A stretch of 64,000 nt of DNA. It comes from Thermoanaerobaculia bacterium. GTDB lineage: Bacteria; Acidobacteriota; Thermoanaerobaculia; UBA5066. The stretch covers positions 192,001 to 256,000 of the forward strand of contig CAWFJJ010000030.1 in the NCBI GenBank assembly GCA_963816185.1, read 5' to 3'. The notes beneath the pieces were generated by a model. The model was not told where the DNA came from and searched no databases. It saw nothing but the letters and a program-made list of their open reading frames with translations. Positions 29,218 to 35,973 of this stretch are shown here, piece by piece. The stretch's first letter is position 1. Each line of letters starts with the position of its first letter. The position numbers and the translations under genes were made by a program.

Positions 29218-31209
29218 TCAGACGCCCCCCGTCGCGGGCGCGTGCCAGGAGAGCGCCCGGCTGTCCACCGCACTCTTCATCATTCGAAGCAATTCTTCGA
29301 TATTCTGATCCTTGAACTCCCCGCCGTGGCGGACGCGGAGGGAAACCGTGCCCGCCGCCTGCTCCTTCTCGCCGACGATGAGAAGAGCCGGCACTTTCTC
29401 GAGCTCGCCGTGGCGGATCTTCGCGCCCAGCTTCTCGTTGCGGGAATCCACCGAGGCACGCAGGCTTTCTTCTCTTACCCTTCTAAGAATCTTCTCTCCG
29501 TATTCGTTGAACTTCTCCGAGACCGGGACGACGCGTACCTGCTCCGGCGCGAGCCAGAACGGAAAGTCGCCGCCCGTGTGCTCGATGAGGATGCCGAGGA
29601 ACCTCTCGAGGGACCCGAGGATGGCGCGGTGCAGGAGGACCGGCCGCTGCTTCGTGCCGTCCTCGGCCGTGTAATGGAGGTCGAAGAGCTCGGGGAGATT
29701 GAAGTCGCACTGGAACGTGCCGAGCTGCCACGGCCGTCCGATCGCGTCGTTCACGCGGAAGTCGATCTTCGGGCCGTAGAACGCCCCGTCTCCGGGCGAG
29801 ACGACGTAAGGCCGCCCCGTGGCCTTCAGGGCCGCGTCGAGCACCTTCTCGGCGCGGTCCCACACGGCGTCTTTTCCGACGCGCTTCTCGGGCCTCAGGC
29901 CGAGCGAGATCGCGACGTCCTCGAATGCGAACGTCCCGTAGACCTCGTCGAGGAAGGTGAGGAAGGACGCCACTTCACTGTCGATGCTCTCCGGCGCCGC
30001 GAAGATGTGCGCGTCGTCCTGCGAGAAGGAACGGACGCGCGTGAGACCCTGCGTGACGCCCGACTTCTCGTACCGGTGGAGCCGCGCGAAATCGGCGTAC
30101 CTTACGGGGAGGTCCCGGTAGCTGAACGCCTGCGATCCGAACACGAGGCAATGCCCCGGGCAGTTCATCGGCTTCACGCCGAACTCGCGCTCGTCGACCT
30201 GGACGAAGAACATGTTCTCGCGGTAGTTGCCCGTGTGCCCCGAGGTCGTGAACAGCTCCTCGTCGAAGATCTGGGGCGTGAGGATTTCCTGATACCCGTA
30301 CTTGACGTACAGGTTGCGGATCCAGTCGATCAGGAGGTTGTAGACCGTCGCACCCTTCGGGAGGAAGAACGGCGACGCCGGCGCCCACGGGTGGAACACG
30401 AAGAGACCGAGCTCCTTGCCGAGTTTGCGATGGTCGCGCGCTTTCGCGGCCTCGAGACGGGCGAGATGCTCGTCGAGCTCCTTCTGTGTGAGGAAGACGG
30501 CCCCGTAGATGCGCTGGAGCATCGGGTTCCTCTCGTCGCCCTTCCAGTACGCGCCCGCAGAATGCGTGAGCTTGAAGACGCCGAGCTTACCCGTCGACGG
30601 CACGTGCGGGCCCCGGCAGAGGTCGATGAAGTCCTTCTGCTCGTAGCACGAGAGGCTGCCCTCGGGAATGCCCGCGACGATCTCGACCTTGAGCGGATCG
30701 TTCTGGGCCTCGAAGATCTTCACGGCCGCGGCCTTCGACATCTCCTTGCGGACGACGGCATTGTCCTCGGCGACGATCCTCTTCATCTCGGCCTCGATCT
30801 TCTCGAGGTCTTCGGGCGTGAACGGCCGGCCCGGGTCGAAGTCGTAGTAGAAGCCGTCCTCGATGGCCGGTCCGATGCCGATCTTCACGCCCGGGAACAG
30901 GCGCTTCACGGCATTTGCGCAAAGGTGTGCCGTGGAATGCCGGTAGAGCTCCAGGGCGGCAGGATGCTTCGGGGTCACGACCTCGAACGGGCCCGACTTC
31001 CGGAGCGGGCGGGAAAGGTCGAGGACGTCGCCCGCGAGCTTCACGGCGAGAGCGTCCTTGGCGAGGCGCGGACCGATGGACTCGGCCACGGCACGGCCCG
31101 TGGTGCCCGAAGGCACGTCGCGTACGGAGCCGTCGGGCAGCGTCAGACGAATGTTTCCGCCATCTCCCACCGCCGGATCAGTTTGCTTCGCGCCTTCCAC
31201 TGACGACAT
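29218..31209 (-). CDS. thrS: Threonyl-tRNA synthetase
   Basis: TGS domain, HSTAH, DLCRGPH, KPMNCPGH, QDDAH, FYGPKID, HRAILGSLERF. Confidence 0.97.
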   Translation of the reverse strand: MSSVEGAKQTDPAVGDGGNIRLTLPDGSVRDVPSGTTGRAVAESIGPRLAKDALAVKLAGDVLDLSRPLRKSGPFEVVTPKHPAALELYRHSTAHLCANAVKRLFPGVKIGIGPAIEDGFYYDFDPGRPFTPEDLEKIEAEMKRIVAEDNAVVRKEMSKAAAVKIFEAQNDPLKVEIVAGIPEGSLSCYEQKDFIDLCRGPHVPSTGKLGVFKLTHSAGAYWKGDERNPMLQRIYGAVFLTQKELDEHLARLEAAKARDHRKLGKELGLFVFHPWAPASPFFLPKGATVYNLLIDWIRNLYVKYGYQEILTPQIFDEELFTTSGHTGNYRENMFFVQVDEREFGVKPMNCPGHCLVFGSQAFSYRDLPVRYADFARLHRYEKSGVTQGLTRVRSFSQDDAHIFAAPESIDSEVASFLTFLDEVYGTFAFEDVAISLGLRPEKRVGKDAVWDRAEKVLDAALKATGRPYVVSPGDGAFYGPKIDFRVNDAIGRPWQLGTFQCDFNLPELFDLHYTAEDGTKQRPVLLHRAILGSLERFLGILIEHTGGDFPFWLAPEQVRVVPVSEKFNEYGEKILRRVREESLRASVDSRNEKLGAKIRHGELEKVPALLIVGEKEQAAGTVSLRVRHGGEFKDQNIEELLRMMKSAVDSRALSWHAPATGGV

Positions 31210-31229
31210 CTAAAAATCCTTCTGATATT

Positions 31230-31377
31230 CGGGGCTGCTGCTGCAGCCCCGATAGTAGGAAATCGTTTTCCCGAATGACCGACGTCAAGGGCGCGCTTCG
31301 CGCGCCGCGTAGCGGTCATAGACCCTTGACTTCGGTCATTCGGGAAACACGGTCCCCATTCATGTCCGAGCAAGAAA
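31230..31377. repeat. Structured palindromic element, copy B (upstream of thrS)
   Basis: Stem CCCGAATGACCGACGTCAAGGG / CCCTTGACTTCGGTCATTCGGG with the same three-hairpin core as copy A; flanks are homologous to copy A in inverted orientation. Confidence 0.85.
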
Positions 31378-31412
31378 GATCCGAACTCTGGTCGCGGAGG
31401 GGAACAAGAGGT

Positions 31413-31488
31413 TGGTAGGCGCTAGCGGACTCGAACCGCTGACCCCTTCCGTGTGAAGGAAGTGCTCTACCGACTGAGCTAAGCGCCT
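31413..31488 (-). tRNA. tRNA-Val(CAC)
   Basis: AGGCGCT acceptor stem, CTTCC-TTCACAC-GGAAG anticodon arm, GTTCGA T-loop, encoded CCA. Confidence 0.96.
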
Positions 31489-31530
31489 TCGAGCGGCTTC
31501 TGGGCGGCGGCACGGGAGAGGGTCGGGCGA

Positions 31531-31605
<75 letters not shown>

Positions 31606-31805
31606 GAAAAACGCGTCGCCGATTCTCTCCGCGGGCTGTCGCCGGGGGCCGTTCGCAAGAACGTCTTGTGAGCCCCGACCTCGACCCGGATCGTCTTCTC
31701 CAAAGAGCAGTTCCGGCGTTTCCGCCGGAGCGGCGGAGGATAGCACGCTGGCGCGCCGCGCGCTTCGCACGCGCCTGGGAAAGGCGCGCTAGCAGCTGCG
31801 AGTGA

Positions 31806-31845
31806 TGGGGGAAACACGGTCGTGTTTCCCCCAGACCCCCTTTCA
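31806..31845. repeat. REP-like palindrome
   Basis: TGGGGGAAACACG-GT-CGTGTTTCCCCCA followed by GACCCCCTTTC; same layout as the element at 60900-60941 in reverse. Confidence 0.6.
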
Positions 31846-31924
31846 CCGGCCGAGGAAGGCAAGTTCCTTGGCGAACGCAAAGCCAACTGGCCGTCCGCTC
31901 TGTTGAGATAGCATCTCAGCAAAC

Positions 31925-34639
31925 GTGACGCGCTGCATTCGCTGCGACGCCGAGGTTCCGGCTTCCGGCCGCTTCTGCCCGGCGTGCGGGCAACCCGCGT
32001 CGGGCTCACTCTCGCATCTCCCCACGGAGATGGGTCCGGCACCCAAGCCCTTGCCCCCGAGACCTCCGTCGTCCGTCGGCCGCCTCGTCTCCTCGGGCTC
32101 CCTCGACCTCGGCGCGTTTCCGCCCGGCGCCATGGTCGGCGAGCGCTACCGCGTCGTAGGCCTTCTCGGGAAGGGCGGCATGGGCGAGGTCTACCGAGCC
32201 GACGACCTCAAGCTTGGGCAGGCAGTCGCGCTGAAGTTCCTCCCGAAGGCCGTCTCGGGCGACGAGGCCCTCCTCGCGCGCTTCCACGCCGAGGTGAGGC
32301 TCGCGCGGCAGGTCTCGCATCCGAACGTCTGCCGCATCTACGACATCGGTGAGATCGAGGGCCGCCACTTCCTCTCGATGGAGTACGTCGACGGCGAGGA
32401 CCTCGCCTCGCTTCTCAAGAGGATCGGTCACCTTCCGGTTGGCAAAGCGATCGACATCGCGCGGCAGCTCTGCGCCGGCCTGCATGCCGCGCACGAGAAG
32501 GGCGTCCTCCACCGCGACCTCAAGCCCGCGAACATCATGCTCGACGGGCGTGGCCGCGTGCGCATAACGGACTTCGGCCTCGCCGTTGCGGCAGAGGAAG
32601 CCGCGAACGTCGGCGAGGTCTCCGGGACGCCCGCGTACATGGCGCCCGAGCAGCTCCAGGGAAAGCCCGCATCCGTCAGAAGCGATCTTTATGCGCTGGG
32701 CCTCGTTCTCTACGAGGTCGCGACCGGGAAGCGCGCCTTCGACGCGCCGACGCTCGCGGAGATGCGGCGAAAGCACGAGCAGGAGACGCCCACCGCACCG
32801 TCGAACGTCCTTCCGGGTTTCGACCCGGCCGTCGAGCGCGTGATCCTGCGGTGCCTCGAGAAAGACCCACGCGCGCGGCCCTCGTCGGCTGTCCAGGTCG
32901 CGGCCGCCCTCCCGGGCGGCGACCCGCTCGCCGCGGCCCTCGCGGCCGGTGAGACGCCCTCGCCGGAGATGGTGGCGGCCGCGGGTCCCGAAGGCGTGAT
33001 CCCGACCGCGAAGGCCGTGGTGCTTCTCGGCTCGGTCGTCGTTCTCCTCGGCACCGGCATCGCGCTGACGCGCTGGGGCACCACGCTCGGACTCACTCCG
33101 CTCCCCAAGCCGCCCGACGTCCTCGAGGAGCGCGCCCGCGAGGTGGCGCGGCACCTCGGCTGGACGGATCCGCCCGTCGATTCAGCGCGCAGCTTCTATC
33201 GCGATTACGCCTACCTGAGATACCTCGCCCGGACCGGGAAGCCGGGATGGGCGCGCGACCTCGCGGCCGGCTGGTGGAAGCCCGCGTTCTTCGAGTACCG
33301 GCAGAGTCCGCGGCCGCTCATCCCCGCCAATGGCGACGCGATCGTCGAGCCATCGGACCCTCCCTTCGACGTGACCGGGATGGTCACGGTCGATCTCGAT
33401 CCTGAAGGCCGGCTGCGCTCGTTCGCCGCGGTGCCCCCGCAGGGAGTCCTCTCCGCGACGCCCGCCACCGTCTCGCCCGACTGGAACGCGGCTATGGCCG
33501 ACGCCGGCCTCGACGCGAAGGCCTTCGCTCCGGGCGAGCCCGCGTGGTACCCGAAAGTCCCCTTCGACGCCATCGCGGGGTTCTCGGGTCCGATGCCGGG
33601 CGGCGGTCCGACGCTGAGGGTCGTCGCGGCGACCTTCCGCGGGCGCGTCGTTTCGTTCGAGATCGTCGCGCCGTGGAGCGAGCCCTCGCGCGACACACCT
33701 CGGCCCGTGGCGCTTCGCGAGAAGCTCGCGAGCCTCCTGTTCTTCACGACCGTCCTCGCGGTCGCGATCGCCGCCGCGTGGTTCGCCCGGCGCAACGCGA
33801 GGCTCGGTCGCGGCGACCGGCGAGGGGCGGCCCGCATCGCCGGCGCCGTGTTCCTCGCGTGTGTCGCGTCAGCGGTGTTTTCCGTGCATCCGGCCGCGCT
33901 CGGGAACCTGAATCCGCTGGTGCCGCTGGCGCCAATTCTCTTCGTCCCGACGGGTCTCGGCGGGCTCGTCTGGATCCTCTATCTCGGCTTCGAACCTTAC
34001 TTTCGGCGCCGCTATCCAGACCTGCTCGTGTCGTGGACGCGCCTCGTCGGAGCGCGTTTCGGCGATCCGCTCGTGGGACGCGACCTGCTCGGCGGCCTCC
34101 TGCTCGGCTGCGCGTCGTTCCTGGTTCTCGTCGCCATGAAAACGGCGCCGTCATTCTTGGCGTCGGGCGGCGAGACGCCCCTGTATTTCGACGAGTTCTC
34201 GCTCGCCGGAATCCAGGGGGTCGCGGCCTCGCTGGGAGGCCGGCTCGTCGATACGCTCATGCAGACCGTGTACGGACCGGCGATCCTCTTCGTCGGGACG
34301 CTGATCCTGCGTCGGAAGGTCTTCGGGGCCGCTCTCCTCTGGGGCCTCTCGTTCGCGATCGCGGCCGGCCGCGAGAACACCCTCCTCGAGGTTCCGGCCG
34401 CCGCGCTCATCGCCAGCCTGCTCGTCGCCGCCCTCCTGCGGTTCGGTCTCCTGGGCTTCGGCGCGTTCGCACTGACCCGGAACCTGCTCGCGGGCGCGCC
34501 CCTCACGCTCGACTTCTCTCTCTGGTACGCGGGTTACGGGCTCTTCTTCGTGCTGCTCGTTCTCGCCCTCGCCGCGTGGGGCTTCTGGGCCGCGCGCGGC
34601 GGCGGAACCCTGATCCCGGAAACCGCTCTCGACGGCTGA
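31925..34639 (+). CDS. Membrane Hanks-type Ser/Thr protein kinase (zinc ribbon, kinase, extracytoplasmic region, multi-TM), copy 1
   Basis: CxxC..CPAC, LGKGGMGEVY, VALK, HRDLKPAN, DFG, GTPAYMAPE; hydrophobic C-terminal half. Confidence 0.93.
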   Translation: MTRCIRCDAEVPASGRFCPACGQPASGSLSHLPTEMGPAPKPLPPRPPSSVGRLVSSGSLDLGAFPPGAMVGERYRVVGLLGKGGMGEVYRADDLKLGQAVALKFLPKAVSGDEALLARFHAEVRLARQVSHPNVCRIYDIGEIEGRHFLSMEYVDGEDLASLLKRIGHLPVGKAIDIARQLCAGLHAAHEKGVLHRDLKPANIMLDGRGRVRITDFGLAVAAEEAANVGEVSGTPAYMAPEQLQGKPASVRSDLYALGLVLYEVATGKRAFDAPTLAEMRRKHEQETPTAPSNVLPGFDPAVERVILRCLEKDPRARPSSAVQVAAALPGGDPLAAALAAGETPSPEMVAAAGPEGVIPTAKAVVLLGSVVVLLGTGIALTRWGTTLGLTPLPKPPDVLEERAREVARHLGWTDPPVDSARSFYRDYAYLRYLARTGKPGWARDLAAGWWKPAFFEYRQSPRPLIPANGDAIVEPSDPPFDVTGMVTVDLDPEGRLRSFAAVPPQGVLSATPATVSPDWNAAMADAGLDAKAFAPGEPAWYPKVPFDAIAGFSGPMPGGGPTLRVVAATFRGRVVSFEIVAPWSEPSRDTPRPVALREKLASLLFFTTVLAVAIAAAWFARRNARLGRGDRRGAARIAGAVFLACVASAVFSVHPAALGNLNPLVPLAPILFVPTGLGGLVWILYLGFEPYFRRRYPDLLVSWTRLVGARFGDPLVGRDLLGGLLLGCASFLVLVAMKTAPSFLASGGETPLYFDEFSLAGIQGVAASLGGRLVDTLMQTVYGPAILFVGTLILRRKVFGAALLWGLSFAIAAGRENTLLEVPAAALIASLLVAALLRFGLLGFGAFALTRNLLAGAPLTLDFSLWYAGYGLFFVLLVLALAAWGFWAARGGGTLIPETALDG

Positions 34640-34644
34640 CGACG

Positions 34645-35070
34645 TCAGTCCCCCACGTGGATCTTGACGTCGTGCGGCGAAGGATGCCCGTCCGACTTCT
34701 CGAGCAGGTCCTTCAGGCTCATGAGGAACACCGCCCACTTCGTCGAGCAGTGGTGCATGAATTCGACGGGTTTCTTCCAGTCCGCATGCTTGAAGAGTAT
34801 AAAAGTCTGTCCGTCCTTCCAGGAGAGGTCGAACGTCACCCGGGTCCCGACCCACTCCGGGGGGCCGCTCACGCAGCGCCATTTCACGCGTTTCTTCGTG
34901 GCCTCGAGGACCTTCATCTTGCAGAACCCGAAGTCGATCGTCCCGCCTTTCCTTGCGTCTCCCTGGGTCCCGGAGACCCACCATCCCCTGAGGCCTTCGA
35001 TCGTCGCGAGCGTCTTGAAGACGGCCTCGGGCTTCGCATCGACCCCGACTCGGTGAAGAATGTCCGGCAT
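34645..35070 (-). CDS. SRPBCC (AHSA1/START-like) protein
   Basis: MPDILHRVG..GLRGWW..EWVGT..FKHADW..CSTKW. Confidence 0.85.
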   Translation of the reverse strand: MPDILHRVGVDAKPEAVFKTLATIEGLRGWWVSGTQGDARKGGTIDFGFCKMKVLEATKKRVKWRCVSGPPEWVGTRVTFDLSWKDGQTFILFKHADWKKPVEFMHHCSTKWAVFLMSLKDLLEKSDGHPSPHDVKIHVGD

Positions 35071-35107
35071 GTGCCCTCCTCCTGCTTCGTGAGCCTGTGT
35101 TTCGTAT

Positions 35108-35557
35108 TCAGCGCCCGGCCCAGGTTTTCAGGGGGCGCCCGGTCTCGAGCAGGGATTTCAGGCTGGACAGCACGCGCGGCCAGCCCTGTGTGATCTTCCG
35201 GTGCATGTCCGAACCCGCCTCCAGGTCATCGTGCGTCACGGTCAGGCGCACCATGTCGGACACAGGCTCGATCTCGAACGTCACGCGCGAGCGGCGGTCC
35301 CGGCGCCCGCGGTCCCGCGGCTCACCCCAGGTGATGACCAGCCTTCGCGGCGGTTCCGCTTCGAGCACCTCGCCGAGCAGATCTACCGTGCGTGCCGCGT
35401 CGACACGCCGGTGCTCCCAAGGAGAGCCCGGCTTCCAGTCGGAGACGTTCTCGTGATCCCAGTACTGGCGCGTGAACTCGCCGTCCAAGAGGGCCTTCCA
35501 GACCGTCTCCGGCCGCGAGGCGATATAGGTCACGTAGAGAAACGTCGCCTTACCCAT
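35108..35557 (-). CDS. SRPBCC (AHSA1-like) protein
   Basis: YVTYI..VWKAL..SDWKPGS..PPRRLVITW..GWPRVLSSLKSLLETG. Confidence 0.88.
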   Translation of the reverse strand: MGKATFLYVTYIASRPETVWKALLDGEFTRQYWDHENVSDWKPGSPWEHRRVDAARTVDLLGEVLEAEPPRRLVITWGEPRDRGRRDRRSRVTFEIEPVSDMVRLTVTHDDLEAGSDMHRKITQGWPRVLSSLKSLLETGRPLKTWAGR

Positions 35558-35891
35558 CGTGCGTCCCTTCGAGGCGCCTCTTCAGGTCGCGTATCGCCTT
35601 GAGGCGCGACCGCTCGAATCGCGCGATCCAGCGGTCGTAGATTTCCTGCAGCGGCACCGGGTTGAGGAAGTGGAGCTTCTCGCGTCCCCGCCGCGTCGTG
35701 GCAACGAGGTTGGCGGCCTCCAGGACGTCCAGGTGCTGAGTGACCGCCTGGCGGCTCATGTCGAGGTGCTCGCAGAGATCGCTCAGCGTCTGACCGTCGT
35801 TCGCGTTCAGGAGGTCGAGCAGCTTCCGACGGCTCCGGTCGGCAAGCGCCTTGAAGACGTGATCCGTGTCGTTCGTCCAGGTTCCCGGCAC
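35550..35891 (-). CDS. ArsR/SmtB-family regulator (probably leaderless, GTG 35891)
   Basis: VFKALADRSRRKLLDLL..MSRQAVTQHLDVLE..GREKLHFLNPVP. Confidence 0.9.
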   Translation of the reverse strand: MPGTWTNDTDHVFKALADRSRRKLLDLLNANDGQTLSDLCEHLDMSRQAVTQHLDVLEAANLVATTRRGREKLHFLNPVPLQEIYDRWIARFERSRLKAIRDLKRRLEGTHDG

Positions 35892-35897
35892 GCGCGG

Positions 35898-35927
35898 ATA
35901 ATAGGCAAGCATTTACTTGCATGTCAA
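35898..35927 (-). promoter_or_regulatory. Sigma70 promoter with palindromic operator in the spacer
   Basis: Minus strand TTGACA-18 nt-TATTAT-6 nt-GTG; GCAAG-N6-CTTGC at 35905-35920. Confidence 0.8.
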
Positions 35928-35973
35928 GACGCGTGACGCCCCCCATTGAGATAGCATCTCGACACAGCACACG

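Noticed and set aside
31210-31410. T-box riboswitch upstream of thrS
   Set aside because: I saw no T-box consensus or U-tailed terminator. The space is taken by the repeated palindromic element, which also occurs downstream of the gene.
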